Part shown: piece by piece, positions 56,668 to 64,000 of the stretch
Position numbering within the stretch: position 1 is the stretch's first letter
Layout of the letters: each line of letters starts with the position of its first letter
Source of the DNA: Ignavibacteriota bacterium
GTDB lineage: Bacteria > Bacteroidota > Ignavibacteria > UBA10030
Assembly (NCBI GenBank): GCA_003142475.1
Contig: PLMK01000013.1
Span: 33,130-97,129 of the forward strand
DNA length: 64,000 bases
Direction of reading: 5' to 3'
Made by a program: the position numbers and the translations under genes
The notes under the pieces: model-generated
Databases searched by the model: none
The model's input: the letters and a program-made list of their open reading frames with translations, nothing else
Told to the model about the DNA's origin: nothing

Positions 56668-57339
56668 TTATTTTTCCCGGATCATTATTTTTGTTTCACC
56701 TATGAAGAATTTCTTTACCGTGTCTGCATCTGCGTTAGAACCGACAACGCTTCCATAATGCATTGGGATTAGCAATTTCGGCTTAAAAACATTTGCCGCT
56801 TCAGCAGCTTGCTTCGCTGTCATCGTATACGTGCCGCCGCAAGGAAGCATAGCGATATCGGCAACAATGGATTTCATTTCGGGGATAAAGTCTGTATCTC
56901 CAGCGTGATAAATCTTCTGACCGTTCGACAATGTAATAATATAACCCACCCATTTATTTTCTTTGGGATGAAATTTCTTGTCGAGATTGTATGCCGGCAC
57001 CGTTGTTATTTTCAACTTGCCGACAGTGTAAGTCTTCCCTGGAACAACTGCAACAGCCGAAGTCCCAAATTTAGATGCAACATCATTGGGAGCAATGATA
57101 ATTGTATGTTCCGTTTTAATCCTGGCAATATCTTCCATCGAATAGTGATCATAGTGAGCATGTGTAATAAAAATGATGTCCGCTTTTGGCAGGTTTGCCG
57201 GAAGTTCGTACGGGTCAATGTAAATTTGCACGGCTCCATCTTGGATACGGAATGCAGATTGTCCCATCCAATGAATTTGTTTGTGTTCCATATGTCCTCC
57301 AACGAGTAACATTGAAAGGAAAGTTATAATCCAAGTCAT
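56668..57339 (-). CDS. metallo-beta-lactamase fold hydrolase (UPF0173-like)
   Basis: 'ITHAHYDHY' and 'HAGDT' are present. It shares a 4-nt ATGA overlap with add. Confidence 0.85.
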   Translation of the reverse strand: MTWIITFLSMLLVGGHMEHKQIHWMGQSAFRIQDGAVQIYIDPYELPANLPKADIIFITHAHYDHYSMEDIARIKTEHTIIIAPNDVASKFGTSAVAVVPGKTYTVGKLKITTVPAYNLDKKFHPKENKWVGYIITLSNGQKIYHAGDTDFIPEMKSIVADIAMLPCGGTYTMTAKQAAEAANVFKPKLLIPMHYGSVVGSNADADTVKKFFIGETKIMIREK

Positions 57340-58433
57340 CGCTGTTTTCGCCTATTGTGTTTCTCTTTTGCTTTTGCAAATCCGGGTTTTAACACATCGT
57401 AAATTAATGCAATGCGCTGTTTGTACGGCATGAAAGCACTCTTCATTGCATTAATAGTCAACTTTTCCAAATCTTCAAATTTCAAGTTGAACACTTCTGC
57501 CGCCGTGCAATACTCATCCGTGAGCGTGATATTGCTCATGAGGCGATCGTCGGTGTTGAGTGTACAACGAAATTTATAGCGATAAAGAATACCAAACGGA
57601 TGTTCATCCATACTCTGCACAGCACCAGTGTGCACGTTACTAGTAAGGCAGATTTCGAGCGGGATTCGTTTATCTAAAACATACTGTGCAAGCGTTCCCA
57701 TATTCAACACTTCACCTTCTTTCACACGCATATCTTCGATAAGCCGCGTTGCATGTCCGATTCGATGCGCACCACACCATTGAATCGCTTGCCAGATGGA
57801 TTCTTTGCCAAATGCTTCACCCGCATGAACGGTAATATTAAAATTTTCCCGTTGGATATATTCGAATGCATCCACATGTTTCTTCGGTGGATAACCACCT
57901 TCTTCGCCTGCAAGATCAAATCCGACCGCTCCGCGATTCCGGAAATCAACCGCCAGCTCCGCCATCTCCAACGAAACTGATGGATCCATATGCCGCATAG
58001 CACAAATGATTAGACCGTAATGAACGCCGAAATCTTTTTTCCCGCGCTCAAATCCACGCAGTACTGCCTTCACCACTTTGTGCGGATCGAGTTTCTTGCC
58101 GACATGAAACACCGGCGCGAACCGCGATTCGATGTACACAACTCCATCTTTTTTCATGTCTGCCAACGTTTCATACGCAACGCGCTCAAGCGCTTCTTCT
58201 GTTTGCATCACGCCGCACGTATGCTCGAACCCTTCTAGGAAAAGCGATAAATTTCCGCGAGCAGCTCCACGATGGAACCATTCTGCCAATTCGCCGGCAT
58301 CAGTAGTTGGAAGTTTTTTATACTTCTGATCTTTTGCCAATTCAATCACCGTTTGCGGGCGAACACCACCATCGAGATGATCGTGCAGTAAAACTTTGGG
58401 GAGAGTCCTGATGAATTCTTTTTTGAATTTCAT
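57336..58433 (-). CDS. add: adenosine deaminase
   Basis: 'LPKVLLHDHLDGG', 'TVHAGE' and 'CTLNTDD' are present. Confidence 0.9.
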   Translation of the reverse strand: MKFKKEFIRTLPKVLLHDHLDGGVRPQTVIELAKDQKYKKLPTTDAGELAEWFHRGAARGNLSLFLEGFEHTCGVMQTEEALERVAYETLADMKKDGVVYIESRFAPVFHVGKKLDPHKVVKAVLRGFERGKKDFGVHYGLIICAMRHMDPSVSLEMAELAVDFRNRGAVGFDLAGEEGGYPPKKHVDAFEYIQRENFNITVHAGEAFGKESIWQAIQWCGAHRIGHATRLIEDMRVKEGEVLNMGTLAQYVLDKRIPLEICLTSNVHTGAVQSMDEHPFGILYRYKFRCTLNTDDRLMSNITLTDEYCTAAEVFNLKFEDLEKLTINAMKSAFMPYKQRIALIYDVLKPGFAKAKEKHNRRKQR

Positions 58434-58469
58434 AAATCGTCCTTCTGTTTGAGTGTCATAATCATTTCA

Positions 58470-60041
58470 TCAATCCAATTTTCCAATTCTTTTTTCTACT
58501 TCAGGCAGGATGCTCCCATCCACAACTAAACCTAGCGCTATTTGGATATCATTGTAAAGCACCCGATCTCGATTTAGATGTTTAATATTCTTTCGAACAA
58601 ATTGATATGCCGCTTCTGTTCCCGTACCGGCTTTGAGTGGTTTTCTATCTTTTAATATTCTTGCGAAGTCCATTCCCTGACTAGCACATAATAATTCAAT
58701 GGCAATAACTGTCTGCGCATTCTTCAGTACACGCCATGCTTTTTGTGCACTGATAGAACCCATGCTGTTGTGATCTTCTTGATTTGCGGAAGTTGGAATG
58801 GAATCTACGCTTGCCGGATGCGCAAGTACTTTATTTTCCGAAACTAGTGAAGCGGCAGTATACTGTGCAATCATCAAACCGGAATTCAGTCCGCCATTTG
58901 ATGTAAGAAAACGCGGCAAACCACTAAGCGAACCATTCACTAAACGTTCAATACGCCGTTCAGAAATATTTGCGAGTTCTGACAACGCAATAGCAAGAAA
59001 ATCCATTGCAAGCGCAATCGGCTGACCATGGAAGTTACCGCCTTCAAGATGAATGCCATCTTCAGGAAAGATGAGCGGATTGTCATTCGCAGAATTTATT
59101 TCTATGGAAATTTTATCGTACACATAATCGATTGCATCGCGCGAGGCACCGTGTACTTGCGGAATGCATCGCATCGAATAAGCATCCTGCACACGAGTAT
59201 CATTACGCCGGTGGGACTCGCGCAATTCACTTTCATGCATCAATCTGCGCATATTTTTTGCGACTGCCAGCTGTCCTTTGTAAGGACGAAGCCGATGAAT
59301 CCGCTCATCAAACGCAGTGTCACTTCCACGCAGCGCCTCCACACTGATTGAAGCAGCAATGTCTGCGATTTTTGCTAAAAGTTTCGCTTGATAAATCGCT
59401 AACGCTGCGTACGCCGTCATCATTTGTGTGCCATTGATAAGCGCAAGTCCTTCCTTTGCAGTCAGTCGTACCGGCTGCAGTCCATTCTTCCGAAGTGCAG
59501 CGCTTGAATCAATAACCCTATCCTTTTTTCCTTTTCCATTTTCCTTTTGATTTATTTTTCCTTTCCCCATCATTGCCAGAACCAGATGCGCAAGCTGAAC
59601 AAGATCACCGCTTGCTCCAACGGATCCTTGCGAAGGAATAACCGGAACAATATCGCGGTTTAACATTTTAATCAATAACTCCACCGTCGAAAGCCGTATT
59701 CCAGAAAACCCTTTCGCTAATGCATTCACTCGCAATGCCATCATTGCTCGCACCACTTCAGCTGGTAATGGATCACCAGCGCCGGCAGCGTGACTGAAGA
59801 TTAAATTCTCTTGGAGTTGTTCAATATCTTCTGCCTTCACCCGTACGTTAGCAAATTCTCCAAAACCGGTAGTGACACCATACACTACTTCGCCCTTGTT
59901 TGTCCACTTATCCACAAGTTCTCTTGCGTGCAAGATGTTTCGCTTCGCATTTGAACTCAATTTTACATAAGCGGTTCCGTTGGCAATGTCAAATACTTCT
60001 GGAATAGTAAGCTGGCTGCCGTCAAGAATGTGGGTTTTCAT
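58470..60041 (-). CDS. hutH: histidine ammonia-lyase (aromatic amino acid lyase family, MIO cofactor)
   Basis: The MIO-forming triad is in 'SQGSVGASGDL', and 'KEGLALINGTQ' is present. The start is ATG 60041. Confidence 0.85.
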   Translation of the reverse strand: MKTHILDGSQLTIPEVFDIANGTAYVKLSSNAKRNILHARELVDKWTNKGEVVYGVTTGFGEFANVRVKAEDIEQLQENLIFSHAAGAGDPLPAEVVRAMMALRVNALAKGFSGIRLSTVELLIKMLNRDIVPVIPSQGSVGASGDLVQLAHLVLAMMGKGKINQKENGKGKKDRVIDSSAALRKNGLQPVRLTAKEGLALINGTQMMTAYAALAIYQAKLLAKIADIAASISVEALRGSDTAFDERIHRLRPYKGQLAVAKNMRRLMHESELRESHRRNDTRVQDAYSMRCIPQVHGASRDAIDYVYDKISIEINSANDNPLIFPEDGIHLEGGNFHGQPIALAMDFLAIALSELANISERRIERLVNGSLSGLPRFLTSNGGLNSGLMIAQYTAASLVSENKVLAHPASVDSIPTSANQEDHNSMGSISAQKAWRVLKNAQTVIAIELLCASQGMDFARILKDRKPLKAGTGTEAAYQFVRKNIKHLNRDRVLYNDIQIALGLVVDGSILPEVEKRIGKLD

Positions 60042-60289
60042 TGTAAACCTATCGATTGATAGAAATTTGCAGTTTAATGTAGCAGTGCATGGTGTCAATT
60101 TCAACCCCTCTTTTAAACCACGCGTGGAAATAGCAATTGACTTTTCAATCGAATCTGGTTATTATCCCCATTAGTAGAAATTACAAAATTGATGCTTAGC
60201 GATACAAATTCATTCCAATTTCGAAGAAGTATTCAATAATTTAAATGCGTTCATAGGGAAAGTGCATTGCCTAGCAGAAGCGACCGCTT

Positions 60290-61396
60290 ATGAGTGAAGA
60301 AATAATTCAAGCTCTCATCGCCGACGACGAAGATCCGCTTCGCATTGCTGTTGCTGCATGGCTTATTGATGAAGGGTTTGATGTTGAACAAGCCGTCGAT
60401 GGTGTGGAAGCGATAAAGAAAGTGCAAGAGAAGGATTTTGACATTGCAATTCTCGACATTAAAATGCCTGGCGCCAACGGTTTGGAAGTTCTTCGCTACA
60501 TTAAAAAGAATTCAGCGCAAACAGAAGTTGTTATGATGACAGGTATGAGCGATGTGAGTATGGCTGTTGAAGCGATGAAGCTTGGCGCCAAGGAATACCT
60601 TACCAAGCCTATTGATATGGACCAACTTGTACCTCAACTCAAAGGAATTATTCGCGCACGCGATGCTGAAGACCGTATCCGCCGATTGCAATCGGAACAC
60701 ACTGCCCGCTTACTCTACGATCTTCACAATCCTATCGCCGGACTTCGCCAGAGCATCGGTTATTTGCTCAAAGGAATGGCTGGTTCGCTCGGCGATCATC
60801 AGAGTGAATTGCTCGGTTACATGACTACATCCATCGACAAAGTGATAAACCTTCTGACTAATATGATGGACTTGACAAAACTTGAAGGTGGACGCGTGCG
60901 ATTGAATAAAGGTTTCAGCAGTCTTGGAACATCAGTGCAAAATATAATACAAGAATTCAAGGTTCCCATTAAGTCAAACAACCTCACCTTAGACTTCTAC
61001 GCAGAACCGGATTTGCCAACGCTTGAATATGATTCCGAAAAAATCGATCAGGTGGTAAAAAATTTCTTAGGCAATGCCGTTACGCATACACCGACTCAAG
61101 GTGCCATTGTTGTGCAAGTACGCAAGGTCGCCATTGTTTTGGAAGAAGGACAACAACCAACCGAGCATGTAATGGTTTCAGTGTTCAACAGCGGCACCGG
61201 CATTCCACCGGAAGAGTTGCCGCTGATTTTCGATCGCTATCGTGATCTTATCTCTGGAAAATCAAATAAAGATAAATTGTCGGGGCTGGGACTCGTTATA
61301 TCACAGCGTATCATTGAAGCACATAATGGAAAAATTTGGGTTGAATCAGAAGTCGGCAAAGGAGCCACCTTCTATTTCGCGCTTCCCATTCGATAA
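60290..61396 (+). CDS. soluble hybrid protein: receiver domain fused to histidine kinase core
   Basis: The REC domain shows 'IADDEDP' and 'ILDIKMPG'. The H-box-like motif is 'LLYDLHNPIAGL'. The HATPase_c domain shows 'NFLGNAVTHT' and 'GLGLVISQRIIEAHNGKIWVESE'. There is no TM or sensor domain. Confidence 0.85.
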   Translation: MSEEIIQALIADDEDPLRIAVAAWLIDEGFDVEQAVDGVEAIKKVQEKDFDIAILDIKMPGANGLEVLRYIKKNSAQTEVVMMTGMSDVSMAVEAMKLGAKEYLTKPIDMDQLVPQLKGIIRARDAEDRIRRLQSEHTARLLYDLHNPIAGLRQSIGYLLKGMAGSLGDHQSELLGYMTTSIDKVINLLTNMMDLTKLEGGRVRLNKGFSSLGTSVQNIIQEFKVPIKSNNLTLDFYAEPDLPTLEYDSEKIDQVVKNFLGNAVTHTPTQGAIVVQVRKVAIVLEEGQQPTEHVMVSVFNSGTGIPPEELPLIFDRYRDLISGKSNKDKLSGLGLVISQRIIEAHNGKIWVESEVGKGATFYFALPIR

Positions 61397-61420
61397 ACAT
61401 TTACTAATTCTAAATACCTT

Positions 61421-62800
61421 ATGAAAACTGAAACCATTTCCATCCTTGTAGTCGATGACGAGGAAGCATTCCTTCAAGCTATCCAAGATTTTCTGACTCA
61501 AGAAGGATACAAAGTAGAAGTTGCGAAAGACGGTGTTCTTGCCATCAACGTTCTCCAGCAGCGTATTTTTGACCTCGTTCTGTTGGATATAAAACTCCCA
61601 CGCGTCGATGGTGTGGAGGTATTGAAGTTCATACACGACCATTCCTTCGACACACAGGTCATTATGCTCACAGGTGTTCGTGAACCGAAAATTGTGGTCG
61701 AGTGCATGAAGTTAGGCGCAAACAACTTTATCGAAAAACCGTATACAGGAGACTATCTCCTTGCGATTATCGAAGACGCGATGAAACATAAGCGTCTTAG
61801 TATAGAAAACAAAGTTTTAAAGTCAGAACTTGCGCGCCATACTTTCAGCGGCAATATTGTTGGCGAAAGCAAACCGATGCTGGAATTGTTAAACATCGCA
61901 GCCAAAGTTGCGCCAACCGATTCTCCCGTTCTTATTCAGGGTGCAAGCGGCACGGGCAAAGAACTTGTTGCCAACTTCCTGCATAAAAATAGTTCGCGCA
62001 AGGATCAACAGTTTGTTGCATTGAATTGTTCGTCCATCCCGGAGAACCTGCTTGAAAGCGAATTATTCGGCCATGAAAAGGGCGCCTTCACCGATGCTCA
62101 CATTATGAAGCAAGGTATTGTTGAAATCGCCAACGGCGGCACACTTTTCCTCGATGAAATCGGCGAGATTAGTTTATTAATTCAACCGAAACTTTTACGC
62201 TTCCTGCAAACAGGCGAGTTTAGACGCGTTGGCGGTAATAAGAATTTTAAATCAGATGTACGCGTGATTTCTGCTACGAATAAAAATTTGCATGACGAAA
62301 TTAGCACCGGACATTTCCGCGAGGATTTATTATATCGCATCAATGTCATCACGCTGTCGGTTCCAGCACTGCGGGAACGGCCAGAAGATGTTCCTCTACT
62401 CGTAGATTATTTTCTAAAGAACCGTGTGCGTCCACACGAACTGAAAATGATCGAGCCGAAAGCGCTCGAACTACTCATGAAATATGATTGGCCCGGTAAC
62501 GTGCGTGAATTAGAAAACGTTATCGAACGCGCCAGTATTTTGTGCAAAGAAAATCTTATTTGTGTTGAAGATATCGCCCTTCCCATCGGTAAACGTACTG
62601 GTCTATTCAAAGAGACTGCTGCCGCGCCAGGCGGCCCACAAATCGGAAGCGCAGTTTCGATACACGAAATCGAAAAAGTTCACATTGCAGGCGTGCTTAA
62701 AACTGTCAGCTGGAATAAAAACACAGCCTCGCAAATTCTCGGCATCAGTCTTAAAACACTCTACACAAAAATTCAACAATACAACTTAATAAAACCATAG
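61421..62800 (+). CDS. sigma-54-dependent Fis-family response regulator (NtrC-like)
   Basis: The REC domain shows 'VVDDEE' and 'LLDIKLP'. The AAA+ domain has Walker A 'GASGTGKE', 'ESELFGHEKGAFTDA' (a GAFTGA variant) and 'RVISATN'. The C-terminal HTH is 'NKNTASQILGISLKTLYTKI'. Confidence 0.9.
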   Translation: MKTETISILVVDDEEAFLQAIQDFLTQEGYKVEVAKDGVLAINVLQQRIFDLVLLDIKLPRVDGVEVLKFIHDHSFDTQVIMLTGVREPKIVVECMKLGANNFIEKPYTGDYLLAIIEDAMKHKRLSIENKVLKSELARHTFSGNIVGESKPMLELLNIAAKVAPTDSPVLIQGASGTGKELVANFLHKNSSRKDQQFVALNCSSIPENLLESELFGHEKGAFTDAHIMKQGIVEIANGGTLFLDEIGEISLLIQPKLLRFLQTGEFRRVGGNKNFKSDVRVISATNKNLHDEISTGHFREDLLYRINVITLSVPALRERPEDVPLLVDYFLKNRVRPHELKMIEPKALELLMKYDWPGNVRELENVIERASILCKENLICVEDIALPIGKRTGLFKETAAAPGGPQIGSAVSIHEIEKVHIAGVLKTVSWNKNTASQILGISLKTLYTKIQQYNLIKP

Positions 62801-62818
62801 CAGAGTTATCGTTCTGCT
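62799..62818 (+). terminator. weak hairpin after the NtrC-like gene
   Basis: AGCAGA (62799-62804) pairs with TCTGCT (62813-62818). A T-rich but interrupted tail follows. Confidence 0.25.
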
Positions 62819-62863
62819 CTTTCGATTTGCACACGTGGTTTCCAGAACTCTGGTCACACGACT

Positions 62864-63340
62864 ATGCATATTTATCTCCTTCGACACGGCGACGCTTCTT
62901 CCGATTCGCGATTTGACGACAGTGAACGTCCGTTGACTGATCTTGGAGTGCGCCAAGCGAGACTCGTCGGCACACTACTTCAACGAATGAATATTGTAGT
63001 CGATGCAGCACTTTCAAGTCCACTCAAACGTGCACAAGATACTGCAACTACTGTCCTTTCAAACATCAATAAACGAAAGATTGTCTGCAGCGAATTCTTG
63101 TTGAACGGATCTGATCCACAGTTATTATTCGATCAGCTTAATGAACTTAGAGTGTTGTCAGTGCTTCTGGTCGGACACGAACCATGTTTATCTGAAACAA
63201 TCTCGCTGCTTATTGGCGGAAGCAGAAGTGTTGAAATAGAAATGAGAAAATGCAGTTTAGCCTTGGTGAATATATCAATTCCGATTCATCAAGGTGCTGG
63301 ATTTTTGAAGTTTCTTATTCCTGTAGAGACAATAATATAA
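62864..63340 (+). CDS. sixA: phosphohistidine phosphatase SixA-like
   Basis: 158 aa. 'IYLLRHGDA' is the RHG catalytic motif, and 'LVGHEP' is present. Confidence 0.8.
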   Translation: MHIYLLRHGDASSDSRFDDSERPLTDLGVRQARLVGTLLQRMNIVVDAALSSPLKRAQDTATTVLSNINKRKIVCSEFLLNGSDPQLLFDQLNELRVLSVLLVGHEPCLSETISLLIGGSRSVEIEMRKCSLALVNISIPIHQGAGFLKFLIPVETII

Positions 63341-63368
63341 TCATGCAATCATAAAACAGGGGAAACAC

Positions 63369-63851
63369 ATGGAACTCAAAACAATAAAAATTGAAAAACC
63401 TGAAGCAACTAATTTTATTCTTGGACAATCGCATTTCATTAAAACAGTGGAAGACATCCACGAAGCCATCGTACAGACAAATCCGCAGATGAAGTTCGGC
63501 CTCGGGTTTTGCGAATCATCAGGTATGGCTCTTGTCCGTTGGACCGGTAACGACGATGCGCTCATCGAGATGGCAAAGAAGAATGCTATGTCGCTTTCCT
63601 GCGGGCATTGTTTCATTTTGTTTGTGGAAAACGGTTTTCCGATCAACATTCTTAACGCCATAAAAGCTCTTCCGGAAGTCTGCAATATTTTCTGCGCTAC
63701 CGCAAATCCGGTTGAAGTCATTATCGCAGAAACCGAACAAGGGCGCGGCATTCTTGGCATCATCGATGGCGAAAAATCAAAAGGCATAGAGACCGAAAAT
63801 GATATCAAATGGCGCAAAGATTTTTTACGGAAGATTGGGTATAAATCATAA
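63369..63851 (+). CDS. 'adenosine-specific kinase' family (PF04008-type) protein
   Basis: 160 aa. 'NFILGQSHFIKTVEDIHEA' and 'CATANPVEVIIAETEQGRGILGIIDG' match my recollection of this small conserved family. Confidence 0.7.
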   Translation: MELKTIKIEKPEATNFILGQSHFIKTVEDIHEAIVQTNPQMKFGLGFCESSGMALVRWTGNDDALIEMAKKNAMSLSCGHCFILFVENGFPINILNAIKALPEVCNIFCATANPVEVIIAETEQGRGILGIIDGEKSKGIETENDIKWRKDFLRKIGYKS

Positions 63852-63869
63852 TTACACGGCAGAAGGATT

Positions 63870-64000
63870 GTGATAACTCGTGACACTCTCATTCGTCGGA
63901 ACGGTTGGATCCGACACAATGGACAGTTTCTGCCTTGTGACCAACATGGACATAAAAAAATATGCCATGAACTGAATTTAACCGAAGAGGAAGCAGAACG
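63870..64000 (+). CDS. partial CDS (5' end only), unknown product
   Basis: A GTG at 63870 is preceded by the RBS-like AGAAGGA. The frame stays open to the window edge ('ITRDTLIRRNGWIRHNGQFLPCDQHGHKKICHELNLTEEEAE'). Confidence 0.3.
   Translation, partial: MITRDTLIRRNGWIRHNGQFLPCDQHGHKKICHELNLTEEEAE

Noticed and set aside
59522-59572. A Lys/Gly-rich stretch ('GKGKINQKENGKGKK') in HutH is encoded by a polypyrimidine tract on the plus strand.
   Set aside because: It looks like a short low-complexity surface-loop insertion of about 8-10 aa relative to typical HALs. There is no frame disruption and no repeat expansion beyond this, so it is not independently interesting.
1-64000. I scanned for CRISPR arrays, rRNA, tRNA, tmRNA, RNase P RNA, SRP RNA, transposases and integrases.
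   Set aside because: I saw no regularly spaced 25-40-nt repeats with unique spacers. I saw no cloverleaf-like or conserved rRNA/RNase P/SRP sequence blocks, and no DDE or tyrosine/serine recombinase ORFs. This was a by-eye scan only; tRNAscan, Infernal and ISfinder-type searches would be decisive.

Overview
This is a gene-dense 64-kb chromosomal window with about 58 supportable protein-coding genes on both strands. I recognised no rRNA, tRNA or CRISPR array by eye. The protein styles suggest an FCB-group bacterium (Ignavibacteriota/Bacteroidota-like): a 285-aa primary sigma factor, Omp85-like and Bat-like envelope proteins, weak Shine-Dalgarno usage and many 1-10 nt gene overlaps. That taxonomic call is inference only.

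Most of the window is housekeeping:
- Information processing and signalling: rpoD, hisS, gatB, hflX, rlmB, glnD, ptsN.
- Cell envelope: murI, lgt.
- Central and amino-acid metabolism: sucC, tpiA, pruA, and serC/serA with a DUF1015 gene.
- Nucleotide and nucleoside salvage: pyrE, deoB, ppnP, deoA, add, and a PF04008-type gene.
- Transport: a TetR-HlyD-MFS-TolC efflux operon, a SulP permease and an MscS channel.
- Other: a hutH-add-MBL operon and a REC-HK / sigma54-activator / sixA cluster.

The one clearly accessory segment is about 23.1-28.4 kb, between an Omp85-like gene and pruA. It carries a Fic/HTH 'mobile mystery protein' pair, an AbrB/PIN (VapBC-type) pair, an HNH nuclease with an SRA-like N-domain, and an orphan beta-barrel gene. 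Two different long direct repeats (27 nt and 29 nt) partition it into cassettes. No recombinase is present.

Other items worth a second look:
- Three 13-bp operator-like repeats at exact 33-bp phasing upstream of the Fic module.
- Two tandem, translationally coupled zinc-ribbon/B-box-like/DUF2007 paralogs.
- A four-helix-bundle (23S-IVS-type) gene flanked by inverted arrays of degenerate GAGAT octamers.
- A GGDEF protein with a degenerate active site but an intact RxxD I-site.

I cannot claim any complete, demonstrably novel system from sequence alone. The island and the zinc-ribbon pair are the best candidates.
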